The translations under genes and the position numbers were made by a program. Below, piece by piece: positions 26,916-41,434 of a stretch of DNA of 64,000 bases. Position 1 is the first letter of the stretch. The number at the start of each line of letters is the position of its first letter. Under the pieces are notes generated by a model. The model was given only the letters and a program-made list of their open reading frames with translations. It was not told the DNA's origin and ran no database searches. Source of the stretch: the human T2T-CHM13v2.0 reference genome, Homo sapiens; NCBI RefSeq assembly GCF_009914755.1, contig NC_060940.1. One strand, 5' to 3'.

Positions 26916-28593
26916 AGGACACCCTGTCAGGAACGACAGACACATCAATGGGCACGTCAAGTCTTTGGGACAGGGGATTGGGGCCTATTTTGGGGTCAGG
27001 GGTGGAAATACTATTTGGGACCCTCACATCTCAGCTGAGCTGGCCCCGATCCCTGATTCCCAGCCCCCTGGGCAGGGCAGGATGAATCCAGTTTCAGCTG
27101 TCAGCGATGGAGATGAGTAAACAAATGCTCAATCCTTACTGAGCTGCTCCGGGAGACCTCGGGCAAGTCACTGCCCTGATGAGCCTCAGGTGACACTGGT
27201 GTGACCGGGATGACACTTCTGCCTAGCTGCCCCCTCCTGGTCAGCCACAGCTGTCAAATGCAACTGAAGATGATGAAGAGCTGCCGCCCCAGCCGCTTGG
27301 CTGCCCTGTGACTGAGAGCATCCTGGTTCCGCCCACTGCCTCGGGGACAGGCTTCTCCACGAGCCTGGGCAGAGCCTGGGGTTGGGGCAGGAACCTTCCT
27401 TCCCTGTCTTTCAGGGAGAAGGACCCCATATCTGCCTGGCCCAGTGCCCTCTGGCTAAAGCCGAGTTGGGTGTTGCAGCAGCCCCTGGGGCAAGGGCGGC
27501 AGGTGCCTGGGTGGTGTGCCTGGCCACTTTAGTCAGAGGCGTTGAGACAAGGAGTTACCACAGCCGCTCCTCCCACTCAGATCCAATTACCCTTCACACT
27601 CTCCTAATAGGCCTAACAGTGTCTGGCCTGCTTCCCTGCCATGGCCCTTTCCCTTCCTTTGGCCACAGCACTCTCTCCCCTGCTGCCCCTCCACAAAGCT
27701 CTGCCTCACTGCCACTTCCTCCAGGGAGCATTCCTGATTGCCCTGACAGACCTCCAGGTCCTAGAATCCTCACAGCAGCATAAAGATCTCTCAAGATGCT
27801 TCTCACAGGCCCAGACTTCAGAATAGTTTGTCTGGAAGTTCCCTTGGCATCCATCCCATAGCCTGGGAGAACTGAGGAGGGATAAACTCGGTTAATCCCT
27901 GGAGAGGAAACCACCTCAAAAATGTCCCTGGTCCCCGCTGCCTCCCAAAGAAGACTGAGGCACACTGGGCCCTTTGCATCCATCTCGCCTTCCCTTCCTT
28001 CAGTCCTGTGTTTACTCGGTCAGGTGACACTGAAGGTTCACTGCATGCCAGGCACCATGCTTGGTGCTGGGGATGCCCACGGCGCGGGGCAAGGTAGACA
28101 CAGCCAGTCCTCGTGTGACTGGCTCTTAGCCTTGCATTTAGGCAGTGCCCCATGCCGGGGTTTCATGCTGTTGCCCTAATTTATCTCTGCACATTCCCCT
28201 CTCTGCACCTTTGCCTAAACAGTGCCCCCTGTGCAATGTCCTTTCTTCCAATCTCAGTATGAATCTTATCTACAAAACCTAGCCCTAGGCCCTACAGCCA
28301 CCTCTTTCAGGCAGCCTTCCACGAATTCTGGCCAGAGGCAGCATCTCCCCAGTCTATGCCCCAAAGCCCTTTAATCTCACCTGCATGTCCCTATGAGGGG
28401 TCAGGGCCTGTTCCCCCGCCCTTACCCACTGTGAAACCCCACAACAGCAGGGTCGGGCCTCTGTCCGCCCTGCAGCCCTGGGCACAGCCCCCAGAGGCTC
28501 AGCTGCCCCTGCCAGCCAGGCAGCCTGCACCAGCCTTGAACTGAACCAGAACCTTCCTAGTCCAGAACCTTCCACTGCTGCTTTCATGATTTG

Positions 28594-28689
28594 TTCCCCA
28601 GAACAAACAGGGGAATTTGGGTCCTTCTGAAGAAAGCTTTGAGTCTGCAGGAAAGCGAAGAGGACTCAGAACCCACCGGGGAGTTTCCC
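28594..28689. promoter_or_regulatory. Distal CCL17 enhancer candidate: two STAT6 (TTC-N4-GAA) sites and an NF-kB site
   Basis: TTCCCCAGAA 28594-28603, TTCTGAAGAA 28625-28634 and GGGAGTTTCC 28679-28688, ~2.5 kb upstream of the ATG; fits the known IL-4/STAT6 control of CCL17. Confidence 0.7.
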
Positions 28690-30056
28690 CAGTGGCCGGG
28701 ACTGCAGCTGCTTCATCATTAATCAGGCTGCTCACTTGTTATTAATCAGCTGTCCCTTGCAGTTGTGTAGCACAGAAGAGCAATTGGTGGCCTCTGCGGC
28801 AAGTGGAGCCCCCACAAGAGGGCAGGCAGAAGCCACAGGGCAGAGTGCATGGAGGGCAGCTAGGGAGGGAGGGGTGGTCGGCGGAGGCGCCCCTTCCTGC
28901 CTCTTCCGAGGACCCAGGCCTGGTCCTGCACCTCTGGGCTCAGGCTCTGTCTCCAGGTCAGGGCTGCCCTGTGCCTGCACACCTTCCCCTGCCCAGCGCG
29001 GCCTCCTTTGCAGGGGGACTCTGCGGGGAGCTACTCTGAGGCTGCCCCTCCCTTTCTCTGGGATGTTGGCACCAAAGAGGTGCCCAGGCAGGAAGAGCAG
29101 CCTCCCCTCCCCCTCCTCTGCACGTGCAAATGGAAGACAGCCCTGGGCACAGGAGGGGTGGCTGGGGGCAAAGAACCCATCTGGACTGTGGCTTGAGGAG
29201 GGGGCAGGGTCAGGGTCTCTGGCAGCTGATGGGACCCCCAGAGAAGCAGAGGAATGTTGGTGCGAGGCCCACCAAGGGGGACCCCATCTTCCTGAGATCT
29301 ACCGTTTTGGCAGAGCTCTGTGGGACAGACCAAACTTCCCTCTACAGGTGATGAGATTGAGGTCCAGAGAGGGTCTGTGAGCCGCCGGAGGTCATATAGA
29401 GGATGCTGCCCACAGAAAGATTCTGCCATGGGCAGGGAAGCCCCACTCCCAGGTGCGGAAGCAGCCACAGGCTCCCAGGCAGCCCTTGCTGAGGGGTGGG
29501 GAGAGGAGCGCCTGAGGCTCCTCCGAAGTCGAGGGTCTTTGTCTGGTTTCCTCTCATAGGATCCCTGCCCTTCTACCTAAGGACTGATGAGGTTAGCTCT
29601 GAGCGATGCTCCAGTAGTGTGGGGTTTCCACAGGTATCCCCAGAATCTAAAAACAAGAAACAAAAATCTCATGACAAATAGCGGCTGTTGCAGTTATCAT
29701 GACAGTTAGTGAAAAACTTAGTAATGATTTAGTGATTAACACAGGGTGGACTGTGAGAGGGTGGAAGCCACCTGCGCCATGTTTTGGAGGGGCAGTGCTG
29801 TCATTTTGAGTTGGCCCTGGTCATGCAAGGACAGGATGAAGCCAGGCCAAGGTCCCCCATGTCACAATCAGAGTCCAGGTGCTGCCCTGCCTGGAGCTGC
29901 CCTTCCCTGGTGCTGCCCACCTGAAGGCCATGGGACTCTCATCCTACTGTAGGGACGCCCATGCTGTGGCTCCCGGGAGCCCCAACAGGGCGACCGGCAA
30001 TTTCCTCGGGTGGCCAGGGGACTGACCCGCATGCAGTGATGCTGTGGCCTGGGGCT

Positions 30057-30182
30057 GAGACGCTAGAGTCACAGAGAAGCCAGTTCACCAACTTTATCAA
30101 CCTCATTATTGCAATTCTTGTTTTATTCCTGCCCCCACTGGAAAGTGGACTTACGTTCTGTCATCTGCCATGCCATGAGCTG
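30057..30182 (+). repeat. Upstream copy of an inverted homology block (partner 34405-34515)
   Basis: 91 of 109 aligned bases identical to the reverse complement of 34405-34515, with one 15-nt indel. Confidence 0.88.
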
Positions 30183-30510
30183 GGGTGCCTGGAAAGTCAG
30201 CTCAGGGCCTGGCTCAGGCTGGACCCTGACCAGGCGTCCAGTACTGACTCCGGGACACAGCTCTGCTAGAAGTGAGAAGCAGCATCTCCCACTGACCCCT
30301 TCGTTTTGTTCTGTATCTTAGTGTAAGGCATCCCATTTAGGGGAACGTGGTTTCCTGAGCTATTTGGACTGAATCGAAGCACCGTTGGGCTCTTGCCTCC
30401 TGTGGTCAGGGCCTCACCTGGGATGGGACACCAACCAAAGCTGCTCTGTGCCCTGGCTGGGCCTCAGCCTCTCGGAGGCAGATAAAGCATGGATCTCCCT
30501 GCAGAGTGAT

Positions 30511-30648
30511 GCCCATGTGCCCATGCCCGGCAGCCAGGGTGGCCCTGGCAGCACCCTGAAGCTCACTCATGGTCCAGGAGCCCATGGGCCCATGCCCGGC
30601 AGCCAGGGTGGCCCTGGCAGCACCCTGAAGCTCACTCATGGTCCAGGA
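30511..30648. repeat. 69-bp tandem duplication (2 copies) in the CCL17 promoter region
   Basis: 30511-30579 and 30580-30648 differ at one base (T30518 vs G30587). Confidence 0.95.
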
Positions 30649-30884
30649 GAAGAGCTCTGCTTGGTTTCTGCCTGGTCGACTCCCCGACACTTCCGTCTGC
30701 CCCCTGCTCAAGCCACCATGCATGAAGGATGCTCTCCAGCTACAGAGAGATGAACCCAGCTGTGCGTGGAGGCTTTTCAATTCTAATAGAGGAACCAAGA
30801 AATGTCCCCTTTGAAAGGAGAAGTGTGTCACTGCCATGGGCTCTAGACACATGTACCCCACCTCTGTCTCCAGTTGAGTGCCCA

Positions 30885-31020
30885 TTCTCTGGAAATCCAC
30901 AAACATTCCAAGAGCTAGACTTCTCCTGAATCATCTCAAATTCTTCGAACTTCACTGGTCTAGGGAAGGATGTGAGGAGGTGACAGAGGGGCGGGGCAAG
31001 ACCCCCAAAGAGGTTAAATA
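30885..31020 (+). promoter_or_regulatory. CCL17 proximal promoter: two STAT6 sites, GAS-type site, GC box, TATA-like box
   Basis: TTCTCTGGAA 30885-30894, TTCTCCTGAA 30921-30930, TTCTTCGAA 30941-30949, GGGGCGGGG ~30988-30996, TTAAATA 31014-31020. Confidence 0.8.
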
Positions 31021-31107
31021 GGTCACTGCCACCCTCGACTCTCAGCAGGGTGTCTCCCTGAGCAGAGGGACCTGCACACAGAGACTCCCTCCTGGGCTCC
31101 TGGCACC

Positions 31108-31177
31108 ATGGCCCCACTGAAGATGCTGGCCCTGGTCACCCTCCTCCTGGGGGCTTCTCTGCAGCACATCCACGCAG
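31108..31177 (+). CDS. CCL17: C-C motif chemokine 17 (TARC), coding exon 1: signal peptide
   Basis: GCACCATGG Kozak context; MAPLKMLALVTLLLGASLQHIHA plus G; donor GTGAGA at 31178. Confidence 0.97.
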
Positions 31178-31550
31178 GTGAGAGCAGGGGACAGGTGGCC
31201 AGGGGCAGGCACCGGGAGGACAGGGGTTGGGGGCATGAAGACCACCACAGCAATACACACGTTTGTGTATTATTTACACCCCACCTACTCCCACAAAAGA
31301 CGTGAGAAGCCCACAGCACTAGGATTTTGAGGGAAACAAGCAGAGAAAAATGTTGATGATGACGATGCCCCAGCTCTTGCGGGTGGGCTTGGTGAGGACC
31401 AAGGCGAGCACATCTTGGGCTGCAATGGCCGTGAGGTGGGGGCTGTGGCTGTAGTTGTGCAATGGAAAATGAACAATTCTCAAAATTATTTATTAGCTTC
31501 TGTTTTATTAACAGGTTTTATGCACAATGAGGGAATCAGCATAAAGATAG

Positions 31551-31870
<320 letters not shown>

Positions 31871-31932
31871 ACTGAAAAAAGAGATTCTTATATTAGGTTG
31901 GGAAAGGAAAAATGAAATAAGGTTGCCAGGTA

Positions 31933-32231
31933 TAGACATACAGGGACGCGCACAGATGCACAGAGACACACACGTAGGCACTCACAGGACACACAGAATC
32001 CCCCACAGACACACAAAACATGCACACCCACAAACACACGGGACCCCACAACATACACAGAAGCCTCACACACACCTGTGTATGGTAACACACAGACACA
32101 CACACATACACATAGGCAGTGATACACATGCAGTCATCACACACAGATGCACACATGGACACGCACATGCAGATCTTCCACGAACACCCCCCAGAGGTCC
32201 CCGCAACACACACGCAGACACTCACAGACAC
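31933..32231. repeat. Degenerate CA-rich tract upstream of the CCL17 exon acceptor
   Basis: CACACA/CAGACA-type low-complexity sequence. Confidence 0.75.
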
Positions 32232-32256
32232 CCCTGCCCCGCTCCTCTCCCTGCAG

Positions 32257-32374
32257 CTCGAGGGACCAATGTGGGCCGGGAGTGCTGCCTGGAGTACTTC
32301 AAGGGAGCCATTCCCCTTAGAAAGCTGAAGACGTGGTACCAGACATCTGAGGACTGCTCCAGGGATGCCATCGT
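32257..32374 (+). CDS. CCL17: CCL17 coding exon 2 (CC motif)
   Basis: Acceptor CTCTCCCTGCAG; (A)[38 protein letters not shown](V); donor GTAAGT at 32375. Confidence 0.97.
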
Positions 32375-32940
32375 GTAAGTCCCCCTGGCTCCACCCCTGC
32401 TCCTCAGGGCCAAGCATGGGGACAAGTGCACCCTGGAGCTCCCAGGACGGCCAATGGGGAGCAGGGAAGAGACAGCGGGGCCTTCCTCCCCAACCCCTGC
32501 AGGCTCCCCACACTGTGGGACCCAAAAGGGCCGCAGGCCATGAGGTCCAACCTATTCCTTGATTTGTGGTGAAATTGAGGCCCCGGGAGCAATGAACACC
32601 CCCAGGTCACACAGCTGGTCAGGGGCAATGTGGTCACCTCCCCCAGCCTGGGCCTGAGCCCTGCCCGCAGTCTCCACGTCCCAGGCTCTAGACTGTCTGG
32701 GGGCATGGGCAGGCTGAGGGGTGGGCACAAGTTCCTGCAGCCCTGGCTCCCTGGGAGGGTCGAGATTACTCGGGACAGAGCCTGAAGTCCCAGATCTGCC
32801 ACCAATGCCCTGTGTGACAGCAGCAACTTCCTGCCCCTCTTGGAGCCTTGGAATCCTGGTCAGCACAGGGCGGGCCGTCCCAGGGACTCTGGGGGCCCTT
32901 CCCCCCCTGCCACTCCTGGTAACGTCCTCCTTCTGTGTAG

Positions 32941-33037
32941 TTTTGTAACTGTGCAGGGCAGGGCCATCTGTTCGGACCCCAACAACAAGAGAGTGAAGAA
33001 TGCAGTTAAATACCTGCAAAGCCTTGAGAGGTCTTGA
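32941..33037 (+). CDS. CCL17: CCL17 coding exon 3
   Basis: Acceptor CCTTCTGTGTAG; [34 protein letters not shown]; exons total 70+118+97=285 nt, i.e. 94 aa plus stop. Confidence 0.97.
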
Positions 33038-33220
33038 AGCCTCCTCACCCCAGACTCCTGACTGTCTCCCGGGACTACCTGGGACCTCCACCGTTGGTGT
33101 TCACCGCCCCCACCCTGAGCGCCTGGGTCCAGGGGAGGCCTTCCAGGGACGAAGAAGAGCCACAGTGAGGGAGATCCCATCCCCTTGTCTGAACTGGAGC
33201 CATGGGCACAAAGGGCCCAG

Positions 33221-33226
33221 ATTAAA
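33221..33226 (+). terminator. CCL17 polyadenylation signal (ATTAAA)
   Basis: ATTAAA ~185 nt after the stop, followed by GT-rich sequence. Confidence 0.8.
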
Positions 33227-34003
33227 GTCTTTATCCTCAGTCTGTGTCAGCGTGTCTGTCCCCACAGCGCAAGATGCGCTTCCACTCCGGCCTGTCACTC
33301 TGGGAGGGTTCTCAGAGAACCTCTGGTCCTGCCCTGTGCAGGTCGGAAAGGGAAACTGAGGCTGAGAAGGGCACGTGGCTTCCGCAGACCACGCACCAGT
33401 GAGGGGAGGCCCTGGTGAGAGGCCCGGGCAGGGGCGGGGTTGGCGGGGTCCTGGGAGGCGGCCGCTGGATTCTCTCCCTACCCACCCCAAGGTCTCCCGG
33501 TTTCCCCCCAGCCCAGCTCCTGTTCTTGCCCCACGTGGAGCTGAGGACAAACTTCCCCGAGGTGCTGGAGTCAATTTCACAGACTGGCCAGGACCCTGCC
33601 GCAGGCCACAGCTCTGCCCAGTGCTGGGGAGCCCCCTGGCCAAGGGTGGGGGAAGCTTGTAGCCCTGTCCTTGCCTTCCCCTGCACTCACTGCAGTCCAG
33701 CTGGCCCGGCTCCTCCTGGCCCTGGCTCCCTCTCCCCGCTCAAACTCCAGACCCCAGCTCCAGGGCGAGGGGGCTCTGTGGGTCCTGGGCCCTCTGCCTG
33801 CGGCTGACTTCCTAGCCCACTCCAGGCTCAGGCAGGCGGGCGCCACGCGGCCCTGTGGTTCCTCCTGACTGAAGTGTGATCCCCACCCGGCCCTGGCTGC
33901 GCCCAGCCTGCCGGAAGCCGGCCCAGCACAACCGCCCACCGACTCGCTCCCCCAGCTCTTAGGGACTGCCCTGAAGCCGACCCCTGCTCCGCGTGGTTCT
34001 CTC

Positions 34004-34005
<2 letters not shown>

Positions 34006-34041
<36 letters not shown>

Positions 34042-34050
34042 CGCGTGTGT
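34006..34050. repeat. (TG)n/(CG) microsatellite
   Basis: Alternating purine-pyrimidine run. Confidence 0.9.
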
Positions 34051-34404
34051 GGCAGTCCCAGCTCCTCCATTAGGTTGAGAGCTCCGTGAGCCACTCCGGG
34101 GACCCCACACCCCTGTGCTAAAAAAGATGGGGACTAGAGGCTCAGGACACCCCACCCCCAGACCCCTCTGCCCATGCCCAGCTAAGGGCTGAGCACAGAG
34201 GAGTCGGGGCCTAAGCCTTCTAGTTCTCTCTCACTCTCCCAACCAGCGATGGGGCCGTGGCTTCTCTCTGAACACAGTTTGGCGGCAGGGGCGCGGGTCC
34301 TTCTCTTCCGAGGACCTTGTGGCGGGCATTGTTTGGTGGGGCTGCGGTTAGAAGGGCAATTTCCAGGCCCGGCTGTTGCCTCCTGCTGCTCCCTTGTGGC
34401 CAGT

Positions 34405-34515
34405 CAGCTCATTGCAGGGCAGATGATAGAACCCAAGTTTACTTTCCAGTACGGGCACAGCGATAACGAGGTTGATAAAACCAGTGAACTGGCTTGCCTG
34501 TGACTCTAGGGTCTC
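34405..34515 (-). repeat. Downstream copy of the inverted homology block (partner 30057-30182)
   Basis: Reverse complement GAGACCCTAGAGTCACAGGCAAGCCAGTTCAC...TTTATCAACCTC...ACTGGAAAGT...TCATCTGCC...ATGAGCTG aligns with the upstream copy. Confidence 0.88.
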
Positions 34516-34766
34516 TTCAGCCGCAAGTGGGCTCATCTCCTGTCCTGATGCCGAGGAGGATCACTTGAACAACTGCCTAAGACCCAGAGTCCTGGGGATG
34601 GCCCAGTCTGAGTTCTTCATGGAAAATTGTCCTCTGAATCCACCGGGAGGAGGAAGGATGATCTAAAAAGGGAGGGAGGCAAGGAGAAGCTCCTAAGACA
34701 GCAAAGGCCAGAGACAGCCGGGGTCTGGACCCCTGCACCCTGCAGGCGAGAGCTGGAAGGACTCTC

Positions 34767-35019
34767 AGAGTGCAATGGCTCCATCTCAGCTCACTGCAAC
34801 CTCCGCCTCCCAGGTTCAAGCGATTCTCCTGCTTCAGCCTCCTAAGTAGCTGGGATTACAGGCGCCCGCCACCACACCCGGCTAATTTTTTTGTATTTTT
34901 AGTAGAGACGGGGTTTCACCATGTCGGTCAGGCTGGTCTTGAACTCTTGGCCTTATGTGATCCACTCGCCTTGGCCTCCCAAAGTGCTGAGATTACAGGC
35001 ATGAGCCACCGCGCCTGGC
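34767..35019 (-). mobile_element. AluS (3'-truncated)
   Basis: Antisense Alu lacking its tail. Confidence 0.85.
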
Positions 35020-35491
35020 CTCCAGCAAACTTCGTTTAAAAAAGCAAGACCTTTTTTGTTTTTTCCCTACTGAAATCCTACTCAGAAGCCCATATTGTAA
35101 GCTTAGGTAAGTAGAGCTGCCGTGGAGGCCTGTGAGGAGGTGGGGAGTTGCCAGAGGGTCCCTGAAAGTGAGATAGGGTGGGGCATTGCATAAAGGCAGG
35201 GAAGAGGTGGATCCAGGACTGGCAACAAAACGCAGGATTCAGAATCCAAGTATTCACGAGCAGCATCCGGTGCAAGCTGGGGGATGGTGAGATGCAAGAG
35301 ATAGGACAACTGCCATGTGACCTTAGGGCATTTTAAGGAGGTGTGACCTGGAGACTGCTGTGATTGGAAAGACTGCTGGGAGGGAAAAAGAGGAATGGGC
35401 AGGTTCGGGGTGAAAAGTGAGGAGAAGCGCCAGACTTATGTTGTTTCTTTCACCTGGTAGGTGCCTCCCCTCCTCCCCCACCCCACCCCTG

Positions 35492-35492
<1 letters not shown>

Positions 35493-35524
<32 letters not shown>

Positions 35525-35795
35525 CAGATGGAGTCTGGCTCTGTGACCCAGGCTGGAGTGCAGTGGTGCGATCTGGCTCACTGCAACCTCTGTCTCCCGG
35601 GTTCAAGCGATTCTCATGCCTCAGCTTCCTGAGTAGCTGGGATTATAGGTGTGCACCACCACACCTGGCTGATTTTTGTATTTTTAGAAGAGATGGGGTT
35701 TTACCATGTTGGCCAGGCTGGTCTCGAACTCCCGAGCTCAAGTGATCCGCCCACCTCGGCCTCCCAAAGTGCTGGGATTACAGGCGTGAGCCACT
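35493..35795 (-). mobile_element. AluS
   Basis: Antisense dimer with long poly(T). Confidence 0.9.
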
Positions 35796-36202
35796 ATTCT
35801 GAAATCCAGTTTCTCTTCAACGCTCAACTCAGTGCTGCCTCTGCCACAGCCAGCCTACTCAACCTCAGCTGTGTGTCCTCCACCTGCACCCAACGCTCAC
35901 CTTAGTCTAATCCTGACCACACTCTACCCCTTGTAATTGGAGCTGCTTGGGTGATTTACCCAATAAACTCACTGAGCAGGTATTTGGGTCAGGAAACAGT
36001 ACCAGACTCATTTATGAGGAGGGAAAAAAGCTTTGTGCACAGTGTATATTTGATTTATACATTTTCATCAGTGCTGCTCAGGTGAATTCCACAAGGGGCA
36101 CTAGTGGGGAAAGAGAAATTTCCTGGGGAGCCCTAATAACCCGGCTTGAAGCATATTGCATCTCCAAACGTGGAAATTAGAATTGGGTTGTTTTCCAGTG
36201 GC

Positions 36203-36217
36203 CCACCAGAGGGCACT
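36203..36217 (+). promoter_or_regulatory. Candidate CTCF site
   Basis: CCACCAGAGGGCACT matches the CTCF core consensus; TTCCAG lies just upstream. Motif only. Confidence 0.5.
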
Positions 36218-36559
36218 CTGCTCTTAGGAGGAAGTTCTGAGGCTGATGCGCCAGGGGCCCTGACCCCACCAGCCAGACTCCGGCCCCATCGCTGTCCCCA
36301 GGGGCTGGGATCAGCCACATCTGGTTGTAGCTGCACTAGGCCTTGGGGCAGGGGTGTCTGTAGCTGGCCGGCTCTCCTCTTGTGGGAACAGAAGCAAAGA
36401 AACCGCCAATTACACTGTCTGGGGTTTGCTGGATGAAGAGGAAGAAGGAAGAAACCCTGCTGGGACTAGCAGGGCCACTAACTCCAGACGCAACCTGGGC
36501 AGTGCCAAGAGCTGTGGGCTGGGGTGTTTCACTGTGTTTTCTTAGAGACTGTATTTGGT

Positions 36560-37050
36560 CTATTTGGCATCCATTTATCACAGGGCCAAATCACAGGGCC
36601 AAAAGCATTTATACCTCCCCTGCAAGCTGGTTTTTGCAAGTGTTTGAAAGTAATAATAGTTACAAACCCTCCAACCAATCCCAATCACAGGCCCCCCAAC
36701 CATCTCTATTTAACTCTCACACCAAGCCAGTATTTCCCCTGCCCTAAATCACCCAGAGCCAGGTAGAGACAACTAGGGACGGCCCCTAAGCCCAAGGCCC
36801 CCTGGAATTATTCCAACTAGCCAGACCCGGGCTGCTTCCCCTGGCCTGCCTTGCACTTCGGGTGGAAACCCCACAAAAGGCTGTGGCCTGTGCTGTTCTG
36901 ATCCTTCCTTTCAGCCTCCTGACCAAACTTGGTGCTCCCCCTGTGGCCCCGTGTGTGGTCCTGCGTGTGTGCCATGCCCTGTTCTCCTGGGAGATGCAAG
37001 TGATGAATTCTTTCAGTGTCCTTGGTCGCTCTGTGTTGTCACTCAGTCAC
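36560..37050 (+). mobile_element. ERV1-class LTR fragment (subfamily not determined)
   Basis: CTCACACCAAGCCAGTATTTCCCCTGCCCTAAATCACCC...GGAATTATTCCAACTAGCCA resembles old ERV1 LTRs. Confidence 0.45.
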
Positions 37051-37079
37051 CTCCATCAATTCAAATCCTGGGGGTACAT

Positions 37080-38382
<1,303 letters not shown>

Positions 38383-38625
38383 GAAAGTACATTTTAACAC
38401 AAAGGGTCAGGGACCTGTTTGGAGTCTCTGCTTTGCCACTGACTGGCCGTCGGACCTGGACACATGCGCCTCACCTGCCTGAGCCTCACCTGCCTGAGCC
38501 TATTTCTCCATGAAGCAATGGAACTGGACCTTCTCTCACCTGTTTGGGGATGTGCCAATATGGCTACTCCTCTACCTCTCACATCGCCCTTAGCGGACCA
38601 CAGTCTTAGAAAACCTGCCGTTTCT

Positions 38626-38929
<304 letters not shown>

Positions 38930-39028
38930 TCATAATTGAACTGCCATCACCTGGATATTCCCTGTGCCCTTCTCCAAAGCCAGCATGGCAACCACGGGGG
39001 TGAAATACTCAGACGAGCAAAGGGATCA

Positions 39029-39905
<877 letters not shown>

Positions 39906-40149
39906 AAGACATATTCAATATTCACTTTTCTGTAGAGTAGCAGGCTTGGATGAGACATATATCAGCTCAGGACAAAGGAGTCCTCTGGGAGGACAGCGAA
40001 GGGATTTTGCCACTGCTGTATCACTTGTGTACGAAAAAAAGGAGTGATCAGAATCACACACAGCAAAGCTAGTTGTCTATTGGAAATTCTCTGTATTTGA
40101 AATCTTTCATGATTTAAGAGAAAAAATGTTTAAGTAATAATAGAAAATC

Positions 40150-40539
40150 AAAAAGGAAGGAAGGAAGGAGGAAAGGAAGGAAGGGAGGGAGGGAGGAAGG
40201 AAGGGAGGGAGGGAGGGAGGAAGGAGGAAAGGGAGGGAGGGAGGGGAAGGGATGGAGAGAGGAAGGAAGGAAGGGAAGGAAGGAAAAGGAAGAAAGGGGA
40301 AGGAAGGGAAGAGGAGAAGGAAGGAAGGATGGATGGTGGGAGGGAAGGGAGGGAGGGAGGGGGAGGAAGGGAGGGAGGGGAAGCAATGAAGGAGGGAGGG
40401 AGGGAAGGAGGGGAAGGAAGGAAGAGAGGGAAGGAGTGAGGGAGGGGAAGGGAGGGAGGGAAGGAGGGGAAGGAAGGAAGAGAGGGAAGGAGTGAGGGAG
40501 GGGAAGGAAGGGAGGAAAGAAGGAAGGAAAGAAAGGAGC
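40150..40539 (+). repeat. GGAA/GGGA polypurine tract
   Basis: ~390 nt almost purely G/A on the + strand. Confidence 0.93.
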
Positions 40540-41100
40540 ATTCTAACCCAGCTGAGTCTGAACGCAGTCTCCAGATCAGCACAGAGGTTTGCAGAGGTGA
40601 AAGCCTCATGCTGGATGGTGGGCCACGGGTAACCAATGACCAGACCACCAGCTTGACCACCAGGAGTGACCACTGAAGGTGAGATCTGAAGTCACTGAGG
40701 GCTGAGTGGGGGCTTCTGTCCCTGCTTTCCCCGAGAGGGGTGAAGTAAGAGCCACCCAAGAGCTGCCCCATCCCCACCCCTACTTAGCACAAAGCTATTT
40801 TATACATTTGTGTAATTTGTAGCAAAAATTTTGGTCACAAACAGTATTCACCTGCTCTGTGACAACCTTCTCCCTCTGTTACTATTATTCTGAGGCAGCT
40901 TTATATATATAGATGCCGTACTAGTTCCACTTTAAAAATTTTGCATGAGATGATAACGGGGTCAAGTGTTCCACAGAGGTTCGTGTCGGGGAGAAGCAGG
41001 ACTTTGTCCTGGGCTAGCAGTATTCTTCTTAAGACCCAGGGTTTCATGTGAGAGGTTTTCAGGTTTTTTCAATGAAGTTTCTTAGAAATACAAATCCACT

Positions 41101-41420
<320 letters not shown>

Positions 41421-41434
41421 AAGAAATACAAATC

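Noticed and set aside
28736-29380. 214-aa ORF upstream of CCL17
   Set aside because: GC-rich sequence with overlapping ORFs in several frames, a non-ATG start and no recognisable domain.
31923-32378. 151-aa ORF ending in the CCL17 exon sequence
   Set aside because: Read-through of the CA-rich intron into the true exon; the canonical splice gives the known 94-aa protein.
38468-38501. 15-bp tandem duplication GCCTCACCTGCCTGA
   Set aside because: Small slippage event inside a MIR-like fragment with no functional cue.
40107-40777. 188-209-aa Pro/Ser/Leu/Phe-rich ORFs
   Set aside because: Antisense translation of the polypurine tract.
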